From: Gracilinanus agilis
Lineage: Eukaryota
Assembly (NCBI RefSeq): GCF_016433145.1
Contig: NC_058135.1
Location: forward strand, 205,306,844-205,370,843
DNA: 64,000 bases
Direction of reading: 5' to 3'
In this document: positions 12,573 through 23,829 of the stretch, piece after piece
How the letters are laid out: each line of letters opens with the position of its first letter
Numbering within the stretch: the first letter of the stretch is position 1
Position numbers and translations under genes: made by a program
Notes under the pieces: model-generated
Told to the model about the DNA's origin: nothing
Databases searched by the model: none
Seen by the model: only the letters and a program-made list of their open reading frames with translations

Positions 12573-12889
12573 AGAGCATAAGAATGAAACTGATTGCTTA
12601 CCTTACAGAGCATCTCTGTGATTTATTTATAGTATAACCATATGACTTCCAGAAATACCTATGTACCAGTAGGAATACCAGCCATCTGGTCCCTCAGCTT
12701 ACAAGCTCAGAATGATTCTCCTGGATGTTAGTACTTAACACAATTTGGTCACAGTATCATCCAATCTGTATATTTATAGGCAGAAAAATGTGTGTACGTT
12801 ACATATTTGGACTTGTTTCTTTAGGAGGTGAAAATACAGCCCTAGCCATATGCTTTATATACACATAATCCTAAGCTTCCTATACACAT

Positions 12890-13560
12890 ATTCCATGCTT
12901 TCCTGCCTCTTCCCTTTACTAACGTCATTTCCTATGCCTGGGATGCTTCCCATTTTCCCCATTCTAGTCTATTTAGGGTTTACCTAACCTCCAAGCCCTC
13001 CTTCATGAAGCTGTCCCCAGTCCCAGGCTAGAAGTTTTCTTATCCTTTATTCACTAATTATTTGCTGAGGATGTACCACGTATTATAAATTGTTCACAAG
13101 TGGGTTGCAGAGATAAAAAAAATGGCATGATACCTGTCTTCATGGAACTTCCATTCTAATAGGAGAGGGAAGCATGGACCCAAATAACTATAATAGGAAA
13201 AGTGACTGAATCTATAATTTCACTGATTTTAGAAAACTGCAGATAAATAAATTCCATCTACTAGTGCAAATCAACACCTTTTCTGCAACTTCTAGTTTTG
13301 AATTTGCATTGAGAGGTTAAGCAATTTGCTTGAAGTCACACAGTCACAAGCTGGGAGGTGTTTAAAATCATAGGAAAGATCAGAATTTCATTGGGGATTT
13401 GAAGAAGGACATCATTTCTAGTTGAGCAGATCAGTAATGACTTTGTGAAGAAGGTGGAATCTGAAAGAGGACTTAAAGAGAAGGATATTAATGAGTGAGG
13501 AGAGATTCTCTGGCAGAGAGGGTGACGTGAACTACTAGCAAGACATCCTCTGATAATAGA
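12890..13560. mobile_element. Cluster of L2 fragments in both orientations with a core-SINE piece
   Basis: cctatgcctgggatgcttcc (sense); cttcatggaacttccattctaatagg and gactttgtgaagaaggtggaatctga (antisense). Confidence 0.6.
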
Positions 13561-13699
13561 CACTTGGTTGCCAGGCACATACTTGAAGCCCCTTCAACTT
13601 TTTACTTACTCCACAGTAGTGAAAAAGCATAAAATTGGGGCTTTAGTGGAGGCCTTTATCCACAGGTGGCATAAACCCTGGTGGATTGAATAAATTCAA

Positions 13700-13850
13700 T
13701 ATGGAATTTTAGTTACAGAAGGAACCTTAGAAATCAAGATCAGCCCCTTCATTTGGCAGATGAGTAGAATAAGATGACCAGAGAAGTGGAGAAAGTTACC
13801 TAAGGTTACACAGATGGATAGTAACGATCCTGGGACCAGAACCCAAATCT
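13700..13850 (-). mobile_element. MIR core SINE
   Basis: cagaaggaaccttagaaatc...cagatgagtaga...agttacctaaggttacacag. Confidence 0.7.
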
Positions 13851-14849
13851 CCTCCCTTCTTTAACTTTAAAATATTTTAAATAATCCCTGAGTCAGATAA
13901 CAATATATTGACATTCTCCTGAGCCAAGGATCATTTGTTCACATACTCTTAGAATAGAACCAACCCACTCACTGGATTGTTAATCAGATATTATTGAACC
14001 TACATGCTGAGTTCCTAAGTAAAACTACATCCATGATATGTCTCTGAGAGTTTCAAGAAAAGGCTGAAAGCCAAAGTAACTAGTGGAAATTCAAAGGCAT
14101 GTGTCTTCACCCCATGCCTGCTTATTAGTGTAAATAAAGAATGAGCTGTTGGATAATTGTACATACACAGGCATTTTGAAAATTGAATTCAGTTTTTAGT
14201 CTAAGTGTTTTCTAAGGACTTGATTGATTTGGTTCTCCTTCCCCTTTGAAACTCCCGTGGAACAGAGCAGCCCTGGCATCCAATTCTCATACCTGTTAGT
14301 TATTTGAAACATGGTGAAAGGGAAAAAAAATCCCTGAAGAATCAGAGGTCTGAATTTGTATTATAAACCTACCATTCCTTAGTTGTACAGCTTCGGGCAG
14401 ATCTCAGGGTCTCAGTTTCTTTGTCTGGAAAGGAAAATACTTGCTGTGCCTAACTCGTATGCTTATTAGGTAAAATGTTAAGTTACTTATGTTGTACCAA
14501 TATGCTTATTAGATAAAATACCTTATAATCCAATGACTAACATAAATGAGTTATTGTTATTAATTACTCAAGAGTTTACTCAAAAGCACAAAGGATATTG
14601 AACTTTTAGGGCTGATGCCTCTTGATAGTATACATTTTATCACTTGGAAATTTCCCTTTTTAGAGGAAAGAGGAGAGAAAGAGACAATAGGGAAAGAAGG
14701 AAGGATAAAAGAGAGGACAGGAGAAGACAGGAGAGCTATCCTTAGCATCAAGAACTAGGTTCAAGTCCTACTTCTCACAGATATACAAGAAGCATTAACA
14801 TTTAATTTGCTATTACATCCTAAAGACTATGAGACTTTTCCATCTGATT

Positions 14850-14985
14850 TGCAGCTGAGATTTTCCATATATGCTGCCTCTTCCACTAGATTATAAATTC
14901 CTTGGGAGCAAGGATTATCTCACTTTCCTATTTGTATCCCCAGTGCTGGGTTATGCACATAGTAAGAGCTTAATAAATGCTTTAT
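14850..14985 (+). mobile_element. L2 3' tail
   Basis: ccactagattataaattccttgggagcaagga...tttgtatccccagtgc...cacatagtaagagcttaataaatgc. Confidence 0.85.
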
Positions 14986-15648
14986 CCATCATCCTTCCAT
15001 CCATTCAAGTTGTGTGATCACCTGTAAGTTCTTGGACTTCCCAATTGCCCCCAGGCATCTCTTAAAGTTGCAGAAATGTTGTTGAACTGCATTAGAAGAA
15101 AGAGTCTCTTTACAGGAGTTTCATACACCAGTAAAATCACAAGTTTAAAAAAGAAAAAAAAAACACCACACCGGGCATTTCTGCACATCTGCATTACAGT
15201 GATAATTAATATACATAAGGATAGTCCTGAAGCCCAGCGGGCAAAAACCTATTTTAGATATGGAGAAGGTAGCATAATATATATCAGCACAGAAATATAT
15301 AATTAGAAACACAGATGGATTGGTTACCTAGCAGAAGTGAGGGATACCCTATAGTCAACTTTTGTATGCCATTAGTATCCATAAAATAAGAAGGGAACTC
15401 AAGAAATGGCCAACTGTCCTGATACTTTACTCCCCTCGCCCAGACTATTCAATAAACACCTTTTGGGAGATTTATAAAACATATTCAGGAATCCCAAAAA
15501 GATGGGCAGGCAGGGATAGGGTATGACTTGCATCCTTGGAAAGAGTGCCTACATGATGAAAGCCATTTGATTATTGTATTTATCCATCATCCTTCCATCC
15601 ATTCAGGCTGTGTGATCATGTGCCAGTTCCTTGACTTCCCAATTGCCC
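14981..15648 (+). repeat. 70-bp direct repeat (14981-15050 and 15579-15648)
   Basis: Ungapped alignment with 62/70 identical, counted by hand. Confidence 0.9.
15005..15145 (+). mobile_element. Marsupial core SINE 3' part
   Basis: ccaggcatctcttaaagttgcagaaatg...ctgcattagaagaaagagt...caccagtaaaatcacaag; same family as 52938-53172. Confidence 0.7.
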
Positions 15649-15759
15649 AAAGTATTCTTATTTTGAAATTCTCCTTAACCTTCCCAATATCCCAACAAGC
15701 AGCAATTACAAGCAATCCTCCAAACTGACATGTGCAAGACCTTGAGTTTTGAATATCCT

Positions 15760-15945
15760 TGCCTTATGGTAGGTGATTCTTTACATCTACTCTAAAAATG
15801 TAGTTCATGTATTTATTAATTTATACATCTTTCTGTTGGAACATTAGCTCCCGGGGGGTATAAATTGTTTTTGAAAATTTTGTATTCCCAACACTTAGCA
15901 TAGTGCCTGGAACACAGAAGGAGTTTGATAAATGCTTCTTGGTTA
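15760..15945 (+). mobile_element. L2 3' tail
   Basis: ttgtattcccaacacttagcatagtgcctggaacacag...gataaatgctt. Confidence 0.8.
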
Positions 15946-16169
15946 TTTATATTGATGCTATTGATACTGTCTACTGTGGAAAGGAGCCATGCATTGATTG
16001 ACTATTGGATTTGGAGAAAGTAAACATAGGCTTGTTCATAATATTTTGATTGCAAGTTATCTTCTGTCTCTGTCTCATTTTCTTCATCTGCAAAATGGGT
16101 AATATACACTCATACACACAGAGAGATATAGATTTATTTTAAAGAAACAGTCTCCCTCTCACAGCTATG

Positions 16170-16670
16170 GATAGGGGTTATATTTTTAACCAAACAAGAA
16201 ACAGACATAATTAACAAAAGATAAAATAGATATGATCACATGGAATTGAAAAGCTTCTGGAGAGACAAAATTAATATATCTATATAATAAGAAGGGAAGT
16301 GGTTGAATCTAGAAAAATATTTATATCAAATATCTCTGAAGAGAGTTTGTTATCCAAGATATATAAACAATAAATTAATTAATGACTGAATGAGTAGATA
16401 TAGATAAAAGCTATTCTTTCAACAGATGAATGGTCAAATGATATGATCAAAGTTTTCAAAAGAAGAATTATATAATATTTATACCACATGAGCAAATGCT
16501 CTAAATCACTCATTGTAAGAGAAATGGAAATCAAAACAACTTTGAGCTTTCACTTCATGTCTTGAAATTTGACAAAGATGACAAAAAAGTGGCAATAGCC
16601 AAGGCTGGAGAAGTTCTGGAATGAGAGGCATATTAATACATAATTGGCAAAATTGAGAAATGGTATAACA
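16170..16670 (+). mobile_element. Old L1 ORF2 C-terminal fragment
   Basis: ggaattgaaaagcttctg...aaatgctctaaatcactcattgtaagagaaatggaaatcaaaacaac. Confidence 0.75.
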
Positions 16671-16699
16671 ACATTTTTATGCTTCAGCAAAATTTTGTT

Positions 16700-17785
16700 T
16701 TTTATTTAACTTTTTTTGAAAATTTTCCCATAGTTACATGTTTCATGTTCTTTCCATCTCCCCAAAACTCCCCTACCCCCATAGCCAACACACAATTCCA
16801 TTGGGTTTTACATGTATCATTGATTAAGACCTAATTTCATATTATTAATAGTTGGATTAGAGTTATCGTTTAGTGTCTACATCCCCAATAATATTCCCAT
16901 CAGCCCATGTGTTCAAGTAGTTATTTTTCTTCTGTGTTTCTACTCCCAGAGTTCTTCCTCTGAATGTGGTTAGTTTTCTTTCTCATAAGTCCCTCAGCAT
17001 TTCTCTGGATCCTTGCATTGCTGCTAGTAGAGAAGTCCATTATATTCTATTATACCACAGTGTATGAGTCTCTGTGTATAATGTTCTCCTGATTCTGCTA
17101 CTTTCACTCGGCATCAATTCCTGAAGGTCATTCCAGTTCACATGGAATTCCTCCAGTTCATTATTCCTTTGAGCACAATAGTATTCTATCACCAACAGAT
17201 ACCACGATTTGTTCAGCCATTCCCCAATCAAAGGACATACCCTCATTTTCCAATTTTTTGCCACCACAAAGAGCGTGGCTCTAAATATTTTTGTACAAGT
17301 CTTTTCCCTTATTATCTCTTTGGGGTATAAACCAAGCAGTGCTATGGCTGGATCAAAAGGCAAATAGGCTTATAAAGCCTTTTGGGCATAGTTCCAAATT
17401 GCCACCCAGAATGGTTGTATCAATTCACAACTCCACCAGCAATGCATTAATGTCCCAATTTTGCCACATCCCCTCCAATATTCACCACTTTCCTTTGCTG
17501 TTATGTTAGCTAATCTGCTAGATATGAGGTAGTACCTCAGAGTTCTTTTGATTTGAGTTTCTTTAATTATAAGAAATTTAGAACGCTTTTTCTTGTGCTT
17601 GTTGATAGTTTTGGTTTCTTTATCTGAAAATTGCCTGTTCATGTCCCTTGCCCATTTATCAATTGGGGAAATGGCTTGATTTTTTTTCGTACAATTGATT
17701 TAGCTGCTTATATATTTGAGTAATTAGACCTTTGTCCAAATTTTGGTTATAAAGATTTTTTTCCCAATTTGTTGCTTCCCTTCTA
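16700..17785 (-). mobile_element. Relatively young 5'-truncated L1 (ORF2 C-terminus plus 3' UTR)
   Basis: ORFs 17370..17642 and 17040..17363 encode the L1 ORF2 Cys-rich C-terminus (WRGCGKIGTLMHCWWSCELIQPFW; PFDPAIALLGLYPKE). T-rich tail near 16700. Confidence 0.97.
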
Positions 17786-17859
17786 ATTTTGGTAGCATTG
17801 GTAGATAATTGTCTTGTTCTCCAGTGGTTTTTTTTCTATAAACTGAATAGCCATCTCTC

Positions 17860-18000
17860 CTTCACCAAATAATTCTCATTTATTATCCTCTGGACATACT
17901 CTTGCTTGTCAATGTCTTTTCAAACTGTAGTGCCCAGAATTGATTACATATCTATGGATATGATCTGACCAGTAAAATATATGGCAGTTCAATCTCCTAC
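17860..18000 (-). mobile_element. CR1/L3 fragment
   Basis: gtcaatgtcttttcaaactgtagtgcccagaattg...gatctgaccag. Confidence 0.7.
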
Positions 18001-18029
18001 TTAGCAAATGATTCTATACATTCATTAAT

Positions 18030-18420
18030 GAATTTGTTTATGCATCCATTCAACAAAAATTTATTAAGCTTATACAATTTATTAAATTATTAAATAAAAT
18101 TTTATTAAATTTATTAAACACAGAACTATGCTAGGCCTTGGGGAAATGGAGGCTAAGATAAAAACAGTCCTTACCCTCAAGAAGCTTCTATGCTATCAGG
18201 GGAAACAACTTATACACATATATATCAGTATAAACTATGCAAAATAAATTTAAAATCATTTCAAAAGATATTAGAAACTGGGAGGTCAGGCAAAGACTCA
18301 TGTAGGACTCACATATGTTAAACTTTGAGGGAAACCAAGGATATGAATGGATGAAGGAAAAACTGAGAAAAACATTTGTCTTTACTTTGTGCCAAGCATT
18401 GAGCTAAGTGCTAGGCTCTC
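18030..18420 (-). mobile_element. L2 3' region
   Basis: ccattcaacaaaaatttattaagc...aaacagtccttaccctcaagaagctt. Confidence 0.8.
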
Positions 18421-19144
18421 AAATATAAAAATTGAGGTATTTCTATTTCCTAAGGCATTATTCTAATATGTAGATTTTAAAATTAATATCTAATATCTCC
18501 AAATATAATATTTATAAAGTTTATCATTAAAACTAGAGGGAGCTCACCCAAGCCATTCACATGGAAAAGAGAGCAAGAGGGAGGAGAAACTGAAACTATA
18601 TACAAACAACATAATGATGGATGTACATGAAAGGGAAAGGAATTGTGGGAAACGTAGTCCTGGGGTACAACATTCTAACTACACAAATAGGAGACAACAA
18701 AGAGAGGAAGATTCAGTTTCAAGGAAAGTAGAAAGTCTCTCATGGTCCTTAGGATTCTGTAGTAGAGTAGATGGTAATATATTTTCTTTAGAATCATTTC
18801 TAATCAGATTAGATCCATTTCTGACACTGAAATATTTGACAAAGCTAAGGACTTCTTTGGTCAAAAAAATTACTTTCTGGTTCTTTAGTAACTCCGGTTA
18901 CTGAGGGGATAGGGATTATAGTATCTCCAAGATGATTTCTGAATCAGGTCTCCATAGATTTTGATCCCCTATATCTGGCTTCAGGTTGAGTGAGTGTCCT
19001 AGGGATGCTGTTCATAGGGGTATGGGCAAGGACATGAGTTGCTGCTCCCAGGCTCTACACAGAGGTAGTAGCAATATTTTGATCTGCCTAACAGATATCC
19101 TTTCCCCTTTCTCTCCCACGCTACTTTCCTGATTCTAAGAGAAG

Positions 19145-19350
19145 GTAAGAAGGCAGAATATTCAATGCTGAAGGATAGTGCCAGGTAAAGTCCTGGAGAT
19201 GGGAAATAGAATGTTGTGCATAAGGAAGAGCAAATAGATACATTTGGCTGAATTATATAGTATGTATGAAGAGTAAGCTGGAATCAGATTTTAAAGGCTA
19301 TAACATTCAAAGAGAGGAGTTTATGTTTTTTGTCCTAAGGACAGTAATTG
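19145..19350 (-). mobile_element. L2 fragment
   Basis: aaagtcctggagatgggaaatagaatg...aagctggaatcagattttaaaggc. Confidence 0.65.
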
Positions 19351-19394
19351 CCTCCCTTTCCTAGTATTCAAATGAAGTGGTTTTTTTTTTTTTG

Positions 19395-19820
19395 GTTTTT
19401 TGTTCTGGTTGTTGGCTTTGTTGCTGTTTATTGTGGAGTGGTATCAACTCTCCATGACCTCATTTGGGATTTTCTTGGCAAAGATAATGGAGTAGTTTGC
19501 CATTTCCTTCCCCAGATCACTTTACAGATTAAAAAACTGTGGATACTCAAAGGAGAGACACTAAGCCAAGCTGGATTTACAAGTGAATTCTCTAAAACTT
19601 TCAAATAGCAATGAATTATAATACTCCATAAATTATTTGGAAAATAGAAAAATAAGCTATCACACTAAATTCCTTGTGTAATAAATGTGGTCCTGTTATC
19701 TAAAAAATATTCTCGATAACAGGTTTAACTGATTGCACAAAGTCACATATTTAGTAAGTGTCTAAGGTTTTATTTGAACTCAGGTCTTCCTGACTCCAGG
19801 TCCAGCCCTCTATCCACTCT
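19395..19820 (-). mobile_element. MAR1-type SINE pieces (tail 19395-19550, head 19700-19820)
   Basis: catttgggattttcttggcaaagataatggagtagtttgccatttccttc; tttgaactcaggtcttcctgactccagg. Confidence 0.75.
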
Positions 19821-20046
19821 ACTATTTATCTGCTCTCTTCACTGAGGTACACATGTTTAAACTGGAGCTAGCCTGCACCTCCCTTTCAGAAGCATTCCCA
19901 CATAATGTGAATATCATAGCCAGGTGACTCGATAAAAGATAATAGACGATGAAATCATTTGGAAGGGAAGTATGGACATCCCTAATGTGAGCAGGAGATA
20001 CACTGCCCAAGTGCTGGAAGAGAATAGGCAAAGGATACTGACTTAC

Positions 20047-20084
20047 CCACCATAAGCCTCATTGTTACTGTAGAGAGAACCTTG
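20047..20084 (-). other. Candidate small exon C (38 nt, or 21 nt from an internal CAG; unverified)
   Basis: T16-GCC-TTTTT-AAG| CAAGGTTCTCTCTACAG TAACAATGAGGCTTATGGTGG |GTAAGT. Confidence 0.35.
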
Positions 20085-20411
20085 CTTAAAAAGGCAAAAA
20101 AAAAAAAAAAACTGAACTGAAGAGAATACAAATTCCAAAGAGCTGAGCTCTCAGAGCTCAGCAGAAAGCAGATGAATGATATGAGTACCATTTACTGAAA
20201 GCTGAGGAGAGGAACAAAAGCTGATCAAGAACTAAGTATCAAAAAAGCAGAGGCTTTGGAAGATGGTGGCAACATTAAGACAGTTTCAGAACTTGGAAGC
20301 ACTATGGTTGAGTGGTGCAGAACTGTAAGCAAAGGTATAATAGTTGAAAGTAACAATAACTCTTGCCTTTCAGCAGTTCCCATTTTAATGCGGGACAGAA
20401 ATGCCTGTTGA

Positions 20412-20670
20412 AGGTATCTAAGTGGCACAGTGGATAGAGTGTGGGCCATAGAGTCAGAAAGACTCCTCTTCCTGAGTTCAAATCCAGCCTCAGACACTTA
20501 CTAGCTGTGTGACCCTGGACAAGTCACTTAACTCTGTTTGCCTCAGTTCCTCATCTATTAAAAAAAACTAAAGAAGGAAATGGCAAACCACTCCAGTATC
20601 TTTGCCAAGAAAATCTCAAATGAGGTCATGAAGAGTCAGACATTACTGGAAAATGACTGAACATCAATAA
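20412..20670 (+). mobile_element. Near full-length MAR1-type SINE
   Basis: tRNA-like head gtggcacagtggatagag, core gctgtgtgaccctggacaagtcacttaac, RTE-type tail. Confidence 0.92.
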
Positions 20671-20996
20671 TGATGCCTGTTGAGAGAGACAGCAAAGTTG
20701 TAGAAGAGAAGGCAAAGGACTGAAGAAGAGGAGTGCCATTCTTTGTGACTCCTGTGTTCTCATAAATACTCCAAAATGTATTGATTAGGAGAGGTGTTGA
20801 CTATTGGGGAGTATCAAAGTTTTCAAGTCACCAGAATGGGAACAACAAGACAGAAAAAAGGAAGTCCTCAGGACATGTATTGAGGTCCTTTGTGGGTAGG
20901 AGGTAATCTAACACAAGATGACATTTTAGCTGTCACATGTTGTTGATTCATACTAAGCTTACCATCTTTTACAACCTCAAGTTTATTTAAATAGCA

Positions 20997-21100
20997 TTTT
21001 CTTCCTTTCTTTCTTCTTTCATTCCTTCCTTCTTTTTTCCTTTCTCCTTCTTCCTTCCTTCCTTTCTTTTCCTTTTCCTTTCTCACTTCTTTATTTTTTT
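20997..21100. repeat. TTTC/TTCC low-complexity tract
   Basis: ttcttcctttctttcttctttcattccttccttc... Confidence 0.9.
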
Positions 21101-21239
21101 GCATATATGTATACTTTTGTTATTTAGACTATATTTTATTGTATATATCTCTTTTTGCTACTTAGATTATGTTTTATTGCTACTTAGATTATGTTTTATT
21201 TTCATTCACTTTAGAGAATTTTTTTATAAATATATCTGC

Positions 21240-21560
21240 TGGAAACATTGGAAGCTATATGCCCTGATACAGAATAGAATGAGCAAAACCAGAAGAACAC
21301 TATAAATAAGGAACACAGCAGTGTAAATAAGAACATTAAAAGGAAGGCAGACAAAGAGTAACTGGAAAATCAATAATGATCTCAGAGAATATATAATGAA
21401 ATATCTTCCTTCCACTTGGCAGAGACATAAGACATTCTGAGACTAGAATGTTGCCTACATTGTCAGATATGTTCACTAGATTCCTTTTGCTTAACCATGT
21501 TTATCTTATCACAAAGAAAGGTTCAATTTGGGAAGGTAGTGTGGGCCATAATATCCAGGA
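21240..21560 (+). mobile_element. Old L1 3' end
   Basis: gccctgatacagaatagaatgagcaaaaccagaagaacac. Confidence 0.65.
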
Positions 21561-21769
21561 ATAACTCTAAATATATGATTTTCATAGATGACCAGCAGCA
21601 TATATTTTAACCTTATAGTATAATCACTTTAAGAGGCTGTTGAAAAAGAAGAGCCATAGAGAGCAAATGAGAAGTTATTTGAATGTTTTTATGATAATAG
21701 CAAATATTTGTGGTACTCCTAGAAAACATCTCAGTACAAAAGAGAAGAAGCTTTTTTTGCTAGACCCCT

Positions 21770-22340
21770 ACATTCCTAGTAGACTGGTACAGAAAGAGGG
21801 CAATAGATTTATGATTCTAAAATTAGTCAGGAGTCTATAATCCTGGCAGCAAAAAATGTCCAAGGAGTAGCGTAATAGAGATAATTTTCAATTTTATGTT
21901 ATAGTATCACTGGAGGTTGGGAAGGTCTAATAACTGACATAATAGAATAGTAGAAAGAGATGGAAATTATCCGAATGTCATCAATACTTTCTTAAACTTC
22001 TCATTGTGACATGGTGATAGCATCAAGTGATTCAAGGTTATGCAATGCAATAGATTTTGCAAAATGCAATAGAGCCCAGAGCTCTGGAAAGTCTTACCAA
22101 GCTGGAAAGGCTTTGACAGCAGGTCCATTTTGGGACAGGCTATTTGTCATCAAAACATCAACTAAGTTTGGAGAGATTCATCAACATATTGACTAGGGAC
22201 AATAAATTTTGGGCCATTGTAACTAAGAAAAAATTCCTAACAATTGGAGTTGTCCAAAAATGCAATGACCTCCCTCAAGAGGCAGAGGGTTCTCCTACTT
22301 AGGAGTTTACCATGTCATGAGGGAGATAGAAGAGATGTGA
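21770..22340 (+). mobile_element. CR1/L3 3' fragments
   Basis: aagaaaaaattcctaacaattggagttgtccaaaaatgcaatgacctccctcaagaggcagagggttctcc. Confidence 0.6.
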
Positions 22341-22389
22341 TCTGAATTAGTGAGTATAAACACATTAACATTAACAATTCCTTCAGCAT

Positions 22390-22560
22390 CACAGTATCAT
22401 GAACCAGAAGTCAGGGATGTGAGTTCCTGTCCGGGATCTGCTATTTACTGATTGTGTAACCTTAGGCAATTAATTTCATGTCTAAAAGCCTCAGTTTCCT
22501 CATCTCAAAAATAGAGGAAATGGATTTGATGACCTCCAAAATATCTTCCAACTCTAAAAA
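22390..22560 (+). mobile_element. MIR/MIR3 SINE
   Basis: gtgtaaccttaggcaattaattt...gcctcagtttcctcatctcaaaa...cttccaactctaaaa. Confidence 0.8.
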
Positions 22561-23229
22561 TAAGAATTTTTAATATGTGAAGTGCTTCCTTTACCCTCGG
22601 GTACCTTATGCCTTTGATGTAAATGTTGTATGGCATGTCATTCCGCCTTAAATCTTAGCTGAAAAAATCAATTAGCATCGTCTAGCTGGCAATTCCAAAC
22701 TATATACTAGAACAAGAAGAATGATAGTGAATGAGCAATTTAAGTTGATAGCTACATCAACCACAGTATAGTTGATTAAAAATTTAACAGTTTTCCTGAT
22801 GAATGTCCTAGCTCAGATTTGGAAAACATCGAAGGATTTAATTTTCCACTGACTAAATAATCATTTTATAAGCCATGTATAATTCATGTCATAGCAACGT
22901 TACAGGCTTGTTAAAAATTACTGCAACTAAACAGTTAACACTTACCCAGGGAACTGGGACTTGTAAAGAACCATTTGTATGAATTAGTTGATACAAGAGA
23001 ACCAAGGACAATTCAGTAACTATGGAATCTTTGAAAGAAAATTGCTTCAGCTTTATTGCAGGGTTAACATGGACAGATATAACCTCAGAGTTTGAGAATT
23101 AAATACTGCTAAAAAGAGACCTTGACAAAGAAAGCATTCCCAACTTGCTTCCTCCAGGACTTTAATCCAACAATCATCCAGACTTCTTTTCTTTCAGTAT
23201 AAAGCTTGGTACTTAATAAATTCGTCCTT

Positions 23230-23390
23230 CCTGCCTACTTTCATACATCTTTAATCCCTTCTTTACTATTGCCTCTTTCCCATTAGCCTAAAAATATTCC
23301 CAGATCTCTTCAATTCTAAAATTAAAAAATATAATCATTCCCTTGATCCTGCTACTCTGTTTATTACTCTCCCATGCACCTTCTCTTCAC
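23230..23390 (+). mobile_element. L2 ORF2 remnant
   Basis: Pyrimidine-rich; similar to the L2 RT-proximal piece at 63615. Confidence 0.45.
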
Positions 23391-23829
23391 TTTTGGGAAA
23401 TAAAGTCCTTTAGGGCAAATTCAAGAGACCAGAGTGAAAACAAATCTGTCCTTCAAAATGACCAAAGAAAACAGCAATCAAAATTTTGAGTGGAAAAGCC
23501 AAAAAAAAAAAATCAGGATGTCCATTTTTCCTGCCCGGGGCATTTTAGGAAGACAGAGAAGTCTTCATACAATAAAGTGAGTGCTAGTCAGGAGAACAGT
23601 GTCGTGCATAACAGTAATATAATATGCCAGTGGGCTATAGGACAGCAACAGCACCCAGGAACACTAAGGGGACTGACAAACTAGTCAGAAAGAGCTCCCA
23701 GAGAGACCTGTACTAGCACTGAGAGCAGGACCAGGTATGATTCAATAGCTTTGTTGCCCATTACCAAGTTCTAGACATAATTTCAAGGTGGAAAGGAATG
23801 GTCAGACTCATGAGGGAGCAAGGATTTTA

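Noticed and set aside
12326-12621. ORFs spanning the first N run
   Set aside because: Artefacts of the assembly gap; the same applies to the ORFs at 36953-37275.
17040-17642. Protein-like minus ORFs (also 50052..50288)
   Set aside because: L1 ORF2 C-terminal fragments, not host genes.
19140-19184. Plus-strand 45-nt in-frame exon candidate (EGKKAEYSMLKDSA)
   Set aside because: The exon body and donor fall in a recognisable antisense L2 remnant.
20412-20500. tRNA-like A/B-box sequences at SINE heads
   Set aside because: These are the tRNA-derived heads of core SINEs, not tRNA genes.
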